DNA of 48,739 bases from Candidatus Saccharibacteria bacterium UBA6824 (lineage in GTDB: Bacteria; Patescibacteriota; Saccharimonadia; Saccharimonadales; UBA10212), in NCBI GenBank assembly GCA_002452155.1, contig DKEK01000004.1:18336-67074 (forward strand), given 5' to 3'. A model generated the notes under the pieces. It worked only from the letters and a program-made list of their open reading frames with translations, was not told the origin of the DNA and did no database searches. Positions 10,455 through 19,988 of the stretch are shown piece by piece. Every line of letters begins with the position of its first letter. Within the stretch, counting starts at the first letter, position 1. Made by a program: the position numbers and the translations under genes.

Positions 10455-11729
10455 ATGCCTGATTTTAGTTATACCGCCCTTGGTCATGACGGCCGCCAAT
10501 CCAGCGGCATTTTAACTGCCGCTAGCCGCGAAGTGGCTCTAGGCATGCTGCGTTCCCAGGGCGCCAAGCCGCTGACCATAAAAGAGGCTAAATCCAAAAA
10601 AGACGGCTTCGGCCTACGCAAAAAGGTTAAGATTAAAGACCTGGTTATCTTCACCCGCGAGCTGTCGACCATGATCAGCGCCGGTGTGTCGCTGCCGCGC
10701 GGCCTCGATACACTGGCCGCTCAAACCGAAAACAAATATTTCAAAGAGGTAGTTACGGCCATTAATCACGATGTCGAAAGCGGCAGGCCTCTTGCCGATG
10801 CTATGGCTAAGTTCCCCCGCGTATTTTCTGAAGTTTATGTAAACATGGTAGGCGCTGGCGAAGCCGGCGGTATTTTGGACGACATTATGAAGCGTCTGGC
10901 CACGCAGGTCGAAAAAGATTCAGCTATCCGACACAAAATTAAATCGGCCATGGCCTACCCGATTGTCATTTTGTCTATCACGGTCATCGCTTTTTTTGGC
11001 ATTATGCTGTTCGTCATCCCCAAGATCGGTAAAATCCTGCATGATCTCGGCGGGCCAAATGCCAAATTCCCCATATACACCCAAGTGCTGCTAAACCTCA
11101 GCAGCTTTTTGACCAGCCACAGCATCCTACAGGCCGTTCCTTTACTTAATAAGCTGCCGCTTATCGGCTCGTTACCAAATGCTGTTTTAATCTTGGCGCT
11201 GATGGTAGTAGGTGTTATTTATCTGCGGCGATACATCCGCACCCCCGCTGGCCAATACAAATTCCATCTCTTGTTACTACGAGTACCAGTACTAAAAACC
11301 GTGCTCATTAAAATTGCAGTGGCCCGCTTTGCCCAAACTTTTTCGTCTTTGATGAGTTCAGGAGTGACTGTTTTGGAAGCTCTCGAAGTAACTGGCAAAG
11401 CTATTGGTAACCGAGTTATCCAAAAACAATTGGTCGACGTTGCAGAAGCTGTTAAAAACGGGCAGTCACTAGGAAAACAATTGCTGAACGCCCCCTACTT
11501 CCCGCCAATAGTCGGCCAGATGATCATTGTTGGCGAAGAAACCGGTAAAATTGACGAGATTTTGGTTAAAGTGGCCGAATTTTATGAAGAAGAAGTCGAC
11601 GCTGTGATTGAAAGCCTAACCAGCATCATCGAGCCAGTGATGATTGTGCTACTAGGCGGGATTGTTGGTCTGATTGCCGCCAGCGTTATGGGCCCCATCG
11701 CTGGTCTTTCCAAGAATATCGGCAACTAA
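10455..11729 (+). CDS. pilC: Type IV pilus platform protein PilC/GspF
   Basis: GEAGG.LD, AMAYP, GEETG, IEP motifs. Confidence 0.95.
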   Translation: MPDFSYTALGHDGRQSSGILTAASREVALGMLRSQGAKPLTIKEAKSKKDGFGLRKKVKIKDLVIFTRELSTMISAGVSLPRGLDTLAAQTENKYFKEVVTAINHDVESGRPLADAMAKFPRVFSEVYVNMVGAGEAGGILDDIMKRLATQVEKDSAIRHKIKSAMAYPIVILSITVIAFFGIMLFVIPKIGKILHDLGGPNAKFPIYTQVLLNLSSFLTSHSILQAVPLLNKLPLIGSLPNAVLILALMVVGVIYLRRYIRTPAGQYKFHLLLLRVPVLKTVLIKIAVARFAQTFSSLMSSGVTVLEALEVTGKAIGNRVIQKQLVDVAEAVKNGQSLGKQLLNAPYFPPIVGQMIIVGEETGKIDEILVKVAEFYEEEVDAVIESLTSIIEPVMIVLLGGIVGLIAASVMGPIAGLSKNIGN

Positions 11730-12014
11730 CCAGCGAAAATTGATCTAATCTCTAATTAACCTAACTAATGACTAAATGTCAAAAAAACCAAATTCGGTGG
11801 GTTGGGGTTTGGTATTTGTTTAGAGTAATTAGTGCACTTAGAGCAATTAGAAATTGCGGACTTGCTTAACTTCTTAAGTATTTCAGTCTTGCTGACCCTG
11901 TTACTTGGTGTGGATACTTCTTGACATCAAGTCGCTTGTGTTTATAATCAGGGGTAAGAACAAAAAATGTTCTATCGATTAATAATCAAAAAATAAGAAG
12001 GGTGGGCATTTAAA

Positions 12015-12464
12015 ATGATCTCAATTAAAAAGGCGGCGGCCAAAGGTTTCACAATTGTTGAACTTTTGATTGTCATCGTCGTTATTGGTATTTTGGCGGC
12101 ATTAGTCATTGTGACCTATAACGGTATTCAACAAAAAGCACGCGACACGGAAAGAAAGACGGACATCAACGCTCTGCACGGCCAGCTTGAGGCTTATCAG
12201 GCACAGAACGGTAGGTACCCAACACTGGTAAACGTCAATGATACTACTTTCCGTAGCACTGACATGAAGGGTCTTGACCCGGCAGCTCTGCAAGATCCTA
12301 AAGGTTCAGCCCAGACTCTAGTAGCTGCTCCAGCTAACAATGAGTACGCTTACGCTGTCACACCAGCAAACTGCGATAACGGCGCTGGCGGTGACTGTCT
12401 TCAGTACACTTTGACGGCCACGCTCGAAGGCGGTGGTACATACGTCAAACAGTCACTGAACTAG
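12015..12464 (+). CDS. Type IV pilin (probable major pilin)
   Basis: KG|FTIVELLIVIVVIGILAA prepilin motif; own upstream TTGACA/TATAAT and a downstream terminator. Confidence 0.92.
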   Translation: MISIKKAAAKGFTIVELLIVIVVIGILAALVIVTYNGIQQKARDTERKTDINALHGQLEAYQAQNGRYPTLVNVNDTTFRSTDMKGLDPAALQDPKGSAQTLVAAPANNEYAYAVTPANCDNGAGGDCLQYTLTATLEGGGTYVKQSLN

Positions 12465-12486
12465 CAACAAGTAAAAAGTAAAAGCT

Positions 12487-12512
12487 AATCCCGGGGGCAA
12501 CCTCGGGATTTT
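12487..12512 (+). terminator. Intrinsic terminator after the pilin
   Basis: aatcccgggg-gcaa-cctcgggatt-tt. Confidence 0.75.
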
Positions 12513-12532
12513 CGTTTATACTTAAACATAAG

Positions 12533-12602
12533 CCCACCACTTAGGTCCGAGACTATCCGCCACGGGCGGATACTTGCGAAGCACTCGGCCCTAAGTGCTG
12601 GG
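12533..12602. mobile_element. 70-bp MITE-like palindromic element with TAAG direct flanks
   Basis: Arms cccaccacttagg/cctaagtgctggg; colinear with the reverse complement of 39889-39959; TAAG at 12529-12532 and 12603-12606. Confidence 0.7.
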
Positions 12603-12607
12603 TAAGC

Positions 12608-13012
12608 ATGATAATGAATAAAGTGGGTAACAAATCTGGGGGCTTCTCAATCGTTGAGTTAATCTTGTCTATAACTGTCGGCGTTTTATTTATCACTTCT
12701 CTCACTCAAATCACCAACAATTACGTCAGCCTAGGCCAAAAAAGTCGTAACGTAATACTATCTAACTCTTACGTCGAGGGGAAAGTTGAAGCCTTGCGCA
12801 ATATTGGCTATAACGGCTTAGGCGTTGGCGCTACCGATCTTAGCAGTGAACTTCCAGCGCAGTTACCTACCCCCCGTAGCGCCACCATGACAGTTACCAG
12901 CCCCAGCAGCGGCCTAAAGCAAGCCGATATTTCTGTGACTTATAACGATAAAGGTAAAGCCCAAACTTACAGTTATACAACCTACATAGGAGAGCTAAGT
13001 GTCGTCCAGTAA
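12608..13012 (+). CDS. Minor type IV pilin
   Basis: GG|FSIVELILSI. Confidence 0.88.
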   Translation: MIMNKVGNKSGGFSIVELILSITVGVLFITSLTQITNNYVSLGQKSRNVILSNSYVEGKVEALRNIGYNGLGVGATDLSSELPAQLPTPRSATMTVTSPSSGLKQADISVTYNDKGKAQTYSYTTYIGELSVVQ

Positions 13013-13676
13013 AAAATTAAGCAAATCCCGGGGCTTTACAGTAGTAGAGTTGGTAGTTGGTATAACCATCGGTTCGGTTTTGTTTTTAGCCTTCATGGTG
13101 GCCATGACCAACTATTTTGTACTGATTACTAAAAATAATGCCGCGATTGACATGGCCGCCAACTCGCAAAATCTGTTACGAGCGACGGTTGAAGCGCTAC
13201 GGGTGGGCGACGGCGTTCGTCAAACGAACACAATTGCCGACGCCAATGCGCCTAGCGGCGGCTGGAACACCAGTAACACTAGTTTTGTGATCGTAATCGC
13301 CACCCCGGCGCTCAACTCAGCTCGTAACTATATTATTGATCCCGGCACCGGTAGCCCATTCATGAATGAGCTGGTTTATTACAAAAGCGACACTAGCCTG
13401 ATGGAACGCCGCTTAGCCAACTCTGGCGCCAGTGGCAACTTGCTGGTTACTTCCTGCCCGGCCAGCTCGTCTTCATCCTCTTGCCCGCCCGACAAAGTCC
13501 TGGCCGACTATGTGCAATCGATGACTTTCACACTTTATGACCAAGACAATAATTTAACTGCCGACCCAACTCTAGCCCGCTTAATTAAGATTGATCTAAG
13601 CTTGCAGAGAACTGTCTTTGGCTCAGCCGTTAGTCTAAATAACAGCATCCAAGTAACCCTAAGGAACAGGTTCTAG
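12999..13676 (+). CDS. Minor type IV pilin (PilW-like)
   Basis: RG|FTVVELVVGI. Confidence 0.88.
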   Translation: MSSSKKLSKSRGFTVVELVVGITIGSVLFLAFMVAMTNYFVLITKNNAAIDMAANSQNLLRATVEALRVGDGVRQTNTIADANAPSGGWNTSNTSFVIVIATPALNSARNYIIDPGTGSPFMNELVYYKSDTSLMERRLANSGASGNLLVTSCPASSSSSSCPPDKVLADYVQSMTFTLYDQDNNLTADPTLARLIKIDLSLQRTVFGSAVSLNNSIQVTLRNRF

Positions 13677-13677
13677 C

Positions 13678-15039
13678 ATGAAATTTTTAGCAAAATTTAA
13701 ACAGGAAGGCCAAATTCTAGTTTCGTTGCTGATTGTTGTACCATCGATGATCCTAATCGTGGCCGCCTATTTAAATCTAAGCACTTCTAGTTACCGGGCC
13801 AGCCGCCAGGACCAATTCCACACCATGGCTCAGCTGGCAGCTGACTCCGGTGCCGATTACGCCATCGGCCAGATTAATCAAAACAGCAATTATGCAAGCA
13901 CCGCTGAGACCACCTTACACAGCGACAGCCAACTGCGGACAACTTACACTGAAACACTTACTACCAATAGCAGCTCCAGCAAAACTGTAACCTCAATTGG
14001 CAGAACCTACTGGCCGGCTGCTGCCGCTACGCCTGCTACTTCGGTAACTGTTAAGGTCGACCTGCGAGCCGTTCAGCAGGGCAATTACAGTATTATCAGC
14101 GGCGAAGGAGGCTTAATTATGGGCAATACCTCAAAAGTGGTGGCTGGCGACATTTTTATAAACGGCACCATTGGTTTGTCTAACTCGGCCCAAATTGGCC
14201 TGAGCACTAACGCCGTAAATGTTGATGTAGCCGACGAGGTCTGTCCGGTACCGCCAGATGCTACCTATCCACGTATCTGCAGCACTGGCGAAGCCGCCGA
14301 GCCTATTTCAATCAAGAATTCGGCTCACATTTACGGCACGGTTAAGGCCAACAACCAAACTACCGGTACGGCTATGACCAACCCGGGATTGACGGCTAGC
14401 TCTGGAGTTAACACCCAGGCCTTGCCTTCCTACGACCGGGCCGGCCAAAAGGCCGCAGTTAGCACCACCGTAACCGGCGCAGCGGCCTCTTGTTCTAGCG
14501 GCACAAAAACTTGGGCGGCTAACACAAAAATCACTGGTGACGTCACCATTTCCAACAGTTGCAAAGTAACGGTTGCCGGCAATATCTGGATTACCGGTAA
14601 TTTAACGGTTAGCAACACCGCCCAGATGATAGCCGCCGATTCGCTAGGCACTACCAGGCCAAATATTATGGTTGACGGTGTGAACGGTGCATCTTTCAAA
14701 AACAGCTCTAACCTGGTTTCCAACGCCAGTGGCAGCGGTTTTGAAATCTACAGTTTTTGGGCTAATGCCAGCTGCTCGCCAGATTGTACTACCCTGAGCG
14801 GCACAGATCTTTATAGTTCCCGAAGTAGTGTAACTATTTCACTTGACAACTCAGCCCAAGGACCGCAGAGTATTTTTTACGCTTATTGGAGCAAGGTCCA
14901 GGTAAAAAATAGCGGCCAGCTCGGCGCTTTGGTCGGCCAGACTATAGAACTGCAAAACAGCGGCACGATAGCTTTTGGCAGCACCACCAGTAGCGGCAGT
15001 ACTTATTGGGTAGCAAATGGTTATCGCCGAAGCTTTTAG
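13678..15039 (+). CDS. Large PilX-like minor pilin/adhesin
   Basis: QEG|QILVSLLI without E5, A..AADSGADYA motif, long beta-rich C-terminus. Confidence 0.8.
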   Translation: MKFLAKFKQEGQILVSLLIVVPSMILIVAAYLNLSTSSYRASRQDQFHTMAQLAADSGADYAIGQINQNSNYASTAETTLHSDSQLRTTYTETLTTNSSSSKTVTSIGRTYWPAAAATPATSVTVKVDLRAVQQGNYSIISGEGGLIMGNTSKVVAGDIFINGTIGLSNSAQIGLSTNAVNVDVADEVCPVPPDATYPRICSTGEAAEPISIKNSAHIYGTVKANNQTTGTAMTNPGLTASSGVNTQALPSYDRAGQKAAVSTTVTGAAASCSSGTKTWAANTKITGDVTISNSCKVTVAGNIWITGNLTVSNTAQMIAADSLGTTRPNIMVDGVNGASFKNSSNLVSNASGSGFEIYSFWANASCSPDCTTLSGTDLYSSRSSVTISLDNSAQGPQSIFYAYWSKVQVKNSGQLGALVGQTIELQNSGTIAFGSTTSSGSTYWVANGYRRSF

Positions 15040-15165
15040 GGCTCAGGGGCTGCCGGCTTTAGTTACCGGCCTCAGATGCTATACTTTTTAGATAAGGATA
15101 AGTGTAATAAGAGTGGGCGCAAATAAAACGCACAAGATGGCTAAAACTTTTGAATGGGCGGGGCT

Positions 15166-16248
15166 ATGAATCTGAGTTCTAGACTAAGTTTCCACCGCGA
15201 GCTACCGCTATTTGGACTCGATATTGGCCATTCCAGCCTGAAAATTATGCAACTACAGCGCCAAGCCGGCAAAAAACCAAAGGTGCTGGGCTATGGCGTC
15301 AGCAACTATTATCCCCAGAGCGCCATAACCAACGGCGTGATTGTCAACTTCGAAGTCCTGGCCCATACCATGCGCGAATTATTTAGTGACCGTCTAATCG
15401 GTAATATCACTTCCAAGCGTGTGGCCTGCAGCGTCCCTACCTCTCACACCTTTAGCCGGCCAATGACCTTGCCGCCGATGGATAAACAGCAGATAGAGGA
15501 GGCTGTAAAACTGGAGGCCGAGCAATATATTCCCGTCCCGGTAGAAAATTTATACCTTGATTATGACATTTCGCGACAAGACGCCAACGGTCTCGAACTG
15601 TTAGTCGTGGCTACCCCCAGGAATATTATCGATAGCTCTATCAAATTTTTAGAGTCGGTAGGTTTTGAGCCGGTCGCCCTCGAGCCGACTATGAACGCCG
15701 CCGCCCGGCTGTTTAGCATAGCCGATCTGGCGCGCGCCGAGGCCTCACTACTGATTGACTTCGGCTCCGTGGCTATCGACATCGCCGTTTTTGACCAAAG
15801 CATGTTTGTCAACAGTACGGTTAGCGGCGGCAGCGACACGCTAACCAATTTGGTTGCTAAAAAGCTCAATATTACGCCTTCCGAAGCTTACGTCATAAAG
15901 AGCCAATACGGCCTGGGGCCAGGTACTAAAGCCGAGGTCATTTTGGAGGCCTCCCGCCCAATTTTGGAGCCAATGGTCCGTGAAGTCCGCAAGATTATGC
16001 GCTACTACGATGAGCACGCTGCCGGGCGCCACCGTAAAATCAGCCAAATTATTACTACCGGCGGTGGCGCTAATATGCGCGGCCTCAACGAATATCTGGC
16101 CCGCGAACTAGGTGTGCCTACCCGGCGGTTAGACCCCTGGCCGAATATCAATTTTGGTGAGCTGGCACCGCCTACCGATCTGGCTAGCTCGATGTATATA
16201 ACCGTGGCCGGCGAGGCTATTTTAAGCTCACAGGAGATATTTGCGTGA
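15166..16248 (+). CDS. pilM: Type IV pilus assembly protein PilM
   Basis: FGLDIGHSSLK, EAEQYIP, IDFG, TGGGA actin-like motifs. Confidence 0.92.
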   Translation: MNLSSRLSFHRELPLFGLDIGHSSLKIMQLQRQAGKKPKVLGYGVSNYYPQSAITNGVIVNFEVLAHTMRELFSDRLIGNITSKRVACSVPTSHTFSRPMTLPPMDKQQIEEAVKLEAEQYIPVPVENLYLDYDISRQDANGLELLVVATPRNIIDSSIKFLESVGFEPVALEPTMNAAARLFSIADLARAEASLLIDFGSVAIDIAVFDQSMFVNSTVSGGSDTLTNLVAKKLNITPSEAYVIKSQYGLGPGTKAEVILEASRPILEPMVREVRKIMRYYDEHAAGRHRKISQIITTGGGANMRGLNEYLARELGVPTRRLDPWPNINFGELAPPTDLASSMYITVAGEAILSSQEIFA

Positions 16249-16838
16249 TTAATCTCTTGCCATCGGATTACGGCGCCAGCCTGCGCTTTGCGCACCTTAA
16301 TTCGATTATGAGGCGTTGGTTGGTGGTTTCTCTCTTAGCCGGCGCTGGCTTGGTTCTAATTATGGTAGTCGGTTGGGTTTATATTAACCAGCAAAATAAA
16401 AACTTAACCCGCAACATAGATTCGGTCAACCAACAATTGCAGGCTGAGGATCTGGCTGGTACCCAGAAAAAAGCTAAAGACATCACTAGTAACATTAAGA
16501 TTATTAATCAGGTGCTATCACGCGAGATCCGTTTTTCGGAGCTTATCAGCCACATCGGCACGGTTATGCCGCCGGGCACTGTCCTTTCGGGCTTGACCCT
16601 CAGCAAAGTTGATGGCGGGCTGGACCTTTCGGCTACTGCCCGTGACTATACATCGGCCACCCAGATCGCCGTTAATTTAAGCGACCCAAAAAACCAGATT
16701 TTTGACAAGCTCGACATCGTTAATATTAATTGTTCGTCAACTTCTGGCAATGCTTACCCTTGTAGCGCGACTTTTCGAGCCTTGTTTAGCAAGGCCACCC
16801 AGAGCCAGTTCTTAAACGTGCCGGGGGCTAAGCCATGA
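16245..16838 (+). CDS. pilN: PilN-like protein
   Basis: MINLLP motif, one TM, follows pilM. Confidence 0.85.
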   Translation: MINLLPSDYGASLRFAHLNSIMRRWLVVSLLAGAGLVLIMVVGWVYINQQNKNLTRNIDSVNQQLQAEDLAGTQKKAKDITSNIKIINQVLSREIRFSELISHIGTVMPPGTVLSGLTLSKVDGGLDLSATARDYTSATQIAVNLSDPKNQIFDKLDIVNINCSSTSGNAYPCSATFRALFSKATQSQFLNVPGAKP

Positions 16839-17491
16839 GCCCCAAGCGCTTGCGGCTTATTTTGCTCGGCGCACTGGCTGGTTCCACCATCTTGTTCTTT
16901 GTCGTAGCGGCCGTTGGCCTGAATGTTCTAGGCGCTGAAAGCCAGAAGCTGGTTGATCTCAAGCAGCAGAGTAAAACGGCGGACGCAGCGGCGGCTGGTT
17001 TGGCGGTGTCCAAAAAGCAAGTTGAACAATATGCTTACTTCAATGATATAGCCAAGACGGTCCTGCCCGGCGATAAAGACCAGGCCCAATCCGTACTGGA
17101 TATTTTCAGCCTAGCCGACCAATCCGGCATCGCTATCGCCAGTGTCACTTTTCCAGCCAGCAGCCTGGGCAACAAAACAACCCCGGCCGCCGGCAGCAGC
17201 AACAATGCCGCCACAGCACCGACGGCCAGCGCCATATCGCAGGCCAAAGCGGTACAGGGCATACCAGGTTTGTATTCTTTGGAGCTGACTATTTCTCCCC
17301 AAAGTGGAACGGGCGTGCCAGACACCAAACGGGTAACTTATTTTAAATTTCTGGATTTTTTGAGCCGTATTGAACACGACCGGCGCACGGCTCAAATCAC
17401 CCAAGTCAACATCCAGCCCCAGAGCAGCGACGCTGGCCCCAGCCAATTCATTAATTTCACGATGACGATTAATATTTTTATGAAGCCATGA
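16835..17491 (+). CDS. PilO-like protein
   Basis: TM, coiled coil, LP..., FL..IE..RR; position after pilN. Confidence 0.7.
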   Translation: MSPKRLRLILLGALAGSTILFFVVAAVGLNVLGAESQKLVDLKQQSKTADAAAAGLAVSKKQVEQYAYFNDIAKTVLPGDKDQAQSVLDIFSLADQSGIAIASVTFPASSLGNKTTPAAGSSNNAATAPTASAISQAKAVQGIPGLYSLELTISPQSGTGVPDTKRVTYFKFLDFLSRIEHDRRTAQITQVNIQPQSSDAGPSQFINFTMTINIFMKP

Positions 17492-17793
17492 GTAAAAATC
17501 TAAACATTGACATAAAAAGTCTGCGAGCCAAGTTTAAAAAGCTGTTGCCGGTTCTATATAAGCACGCTTCGTTTATTATCGTCTTGGCAGTTTTAATAGT
17601 TTATCTGTTTGTTGTCTGGCGAATCAGCCAATTGGCCGGGGCCGAACCGCCGGCCGGAACTGACGCCCTCACCACCTCGGCCGCCCCCAAGGTCGACAAA
17701 AACGCTATCGATCAGATCCAAGCATTAGAACAAAGCAACACCGAGATTCACAGCCTATTTGATTCAGCCAGAAAAAACCCCTTCAGCGAATAA
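17488..17793 (+). CDS. Small membrane protein (PilP-like position, RKNPF C-terminus)
   Basis: One TM and a terminal R.NPF motif. Confidence 0.65.
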   Translation: MSKNLNIDIKSLRAKFKKLLPVLYKHASFIIVLAVLIVYLFVVWRISQLAGAEPPAGTDALTTSAAPKVDKNAIDQIQALEQSNTEIHSLFDSARKNPFSE

Positions 17794-17800
17794 TCGCTCG

Positions 17801-17988
17801 CCTCCGTCTTTTTCCGGACGCTTCGCTCACTTGATGCAGCTAATAGTAAAACCAGTCTTTGCCTCCGGAACTCCTCGTAATTCACCCACCGGATAAATTA
17901 CTCGTCAGACAGCCGGAGGAAGCCAAGCCTAGACTGTTTTACTACATCTGCTTCATGTTCGCTACGCATGCCCGGAAAAATCCGGGGC
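17801..17988. repeat. ~190-nt imperfect long hairpin
   Basis: Nested arms tttttccgg/ccggaaaaa, tagtaaaa(c)cagtct/agactgttttacta, cctccgg/ccggagg, gtaatt/aattac. Confidence 0.75.
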
Positions 17989-18006
17989 TCGCTCAACAGA
18001 AATATA

Positions 18007-18032
18007 AAAATACTTAACTTGTTAAGTATTTT
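18007..18032. repeat. Palindromic motif copy aaaatacttaac-tt-gttaagtatttt
   Basis: Perfect 12-bp arms; same family as 3526, 27904, 46595. Confidence 0.8.
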
Positions 18033-18042
18033 GGCCTTCGGG

Positions 18043-18203
18043 TCCGGGCATCAGTAAAAACAGATGGATTTGGTAAGCGGCTGACGAGTCCAGCCGAAAC
18101 TCAATCCCGAGCCTCTTATGGAAATAGCGAGGGATCGCTTGCGTTGTTTCGGCGCGGCAGCCGTCGTTTAGGCAAATCCAATCTGCTTTTTAACTGCGTC
18201 CGG
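18043..18203. repeat. ~160-nt imperfect long hairpin
   Basis: Nested arms cagtaaaaacagatggatttg/caaatccaatctgctttttaactg, cggctg/cagccg, gccgaaac/gtttcggc, atccc/gggat. Confidence 0.75.
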
Positions 18204-18212
18204 GAGTTTTGC

Positions 18213-18236
18213 GCTACTTTGGCGACCCAAAGTAGC
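18213..18236 (-). terminator. Hairpin at the end of the PH-domain gene
   Basis: gctactttgg-cgac-ccaaagtagc. Confidence 0.5.
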
Positions 18237-18913
18237 TAAGTTAAGCCCATATCGTGCAGGTGCTGGGCTAGCTCGGCCTCGTATTCTTCCTCCAGGCTAC
18301 GGGCATAGCGCTGGCGGGCTTCAATAATTTGGTCCGCATATTTAGCCGGGTTTGGACAGTAAGGAAAAATGAAGTTATCCAGCGTACCGGCAGTCTGGAC
18401 GATGATTGTGCCGTAATTGAGTATGGTTGATAAGATACCGCGCTCCTCGGCAGTCACGTCCTCAACGTTTGACATGCTAAGCCGCGAGATTTTACGGATG
18501 AACAAGCTTTTTTGCAAGATTTGCACCAGGCTACGGTCAGTTACTAGCAGGCGGCTTTGGCGGTAGACATAAGTTGCCACGAAAAGGAAGAAAATTAGCA
18601 CAGCCAAACCAAGAATAATTACGCCAACTAATATTTTATAGGCTTGATCAGACAGCCCGTTGAAAAAATCCGGCGCAATTGCCAAGAATAAGCCAAAAAC
18701 TACCAACAGTCCAACCAGCGCTTCAATATAAATGCCGATAATGCCAATAGGGTGTTTTCTGACAATCACAACTAGCCGTTCACCGGGTTCCAGCAAGTCT
18801 TCACTGCCTTTAAGTCCAGATGGCTGGGTCATGTTAATCGGCGGCATTACCGAGGCCGGCAGGTGGTCGGGCGGCTGGTGCGGCGGCTCGGGGGCTTGAC
18901 TTTCCGGTGGCAT
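18236..18913 (-). CDS. Bacterial PH (bPH_2-like) domain membrane protein
   Basis: RKHP, two TMs, LVTDR...IEDV-like, LNYG.I.VQTAG. Confidence 0.8.
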   Translation of the reverse strand: MPPESQAPEPPHQPPDHLPASVMPPINMTQPSGLKGSEDLLEPGERLVVIVRKHPIGIIGIYIEALVGLLVVFGLFLAIAPDFFNGLSDQAYKILVGVIILGLAVLIFFLFVATYVYRQSRLLVTDRSLVQILQKSLFIRKISRLSMSNVEDVTAEERGILSTILNYGTIIVQTAGTLDNFIFPYCPNPAKYADQIIEARQRYARSLEEEYEAELAQHLHDMGLT

Positions 18914-18920
18914 GATTTAA

Positions 18921-19955
18921 TTATAACAGTTTTGGCTGGGCTTTTTTCGTGGGCTGTTTGCCTAAGTGTTCCCAAGCCCGCAAGGTAACTTTACGGCCGC
19001 GTGGTGTGCGCTCCAGCAAGCCGATTTGCATCAGGTAGGGTTCGTAAAAATCCTCGATCGTACCGCGCTCTTCACTTGTCAGCGCGGCCAGGGTTTCAAC
19101 ACCGACCGGTCCGCCGTCGTGGTGTTCAATGATAACACTTAGCAAATGCCTATCGGCTGGATCAAGTCCAAGTTTGTCGATTTCAAGTAGGTCCAAGGCT
19201 TTGTGGGCCAGCGGCTCGTCAATGATGCCGTCGCCGTTTATGTCGGCGTAGTCGCGAACGCGTCTTAGCAGGCGATTGGCAATCCGTGGTGTCAGCCGTG
19301 CTCGCTCGGCCAAAAGCTTTCCGGCTGGCACGTCAATCGGCACGTTCAAAATCTTGGCCGAGCGATGCAGGATTTTAGCAATTTCGCCTGGCGTATAAAA
19401 TTCCAGTCGGTGGGTCATGCCAAAACGGTCGCGTAGCGGCGCGCCCAAGGCGCCGGCCCGCGTGGTGGCGCCGATAATCGTGAATTTCGGCAAATCTAGC
19501 CGCAGACTGCGGGCGCTTGGACCTTTGCCAAGCATAATATCCAGCTTAAAGTCTTCCATGGCGCTGTACAGTACTTCCTCGACTGTGCGGTTGAGGTGGT
19601 GGATTTCATCAATGAATAAAATGTCGCCGTCTTGCAGATTGGTTAGCAAACTGGCTAGGTCACCAGCCCGCTCTATCGCTGGGCCGGAAGTTATGCGAAT
19701 TTGGGCACCCATTTCATTGGCGATAACCGTCGCCATAGTGGTTTTACCGAGGCCCGGCGGCCCATAAAGCAGCACGTGGTCAACCGGCTCACCGCGCTTT
19801 TTAGCGGCACTGATCGCTAGTTGCAAATTTTTTTTGAGACGTTCTTGCCCTACATAGCTTTTAAAATCCCGTGGTCGCAGGGTTTGTTCTAATTCTTGCT
19901 CGTCAGCATCAACATCATCTGGCGGTGTGGTGTTGACAATTCTCTCAATCGCCAT
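18921..19955 (-). CDS. ruvB: Holliday junction branch migration helicase RuvB
   Basis: [27 protein letters not shown]...RTPRGR. Confidence 0.98.
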   Translation of the reverse strand: MAIERIVNTTPPDDVDADEQELEQTLRPRDFKSYVGQERLKKNLQLAISAAKKRGEPVDHVLLYGPPGLGKTTMATVIANEMGAQIRITSGPAIERAGDLASLLTNLQDGDILFIDEIHHLNRTVEEVLYSAMEDFKLDIMLGKGPSARSLRLDLPKFTIIGATTRAGALGAPLRDRFGMTHRLEFYTPGEIAKILHRSAKILNVPIDVPAGKLLAERARLTPRIANRLLRRVRDYADINGDGIIDEPLAHKALDLLEIDKLGLDPADRHLLSVIIEHHDGGPVGVETLAALTSEERGTIEDFYEPYLMQIGLLERTPRGRKVTLRAWEHLGKQPTKKAQPKLL

Positions 19956-19988
19956 ACTAACATTCTAACACTCGTGGGTGTGCGTCGA

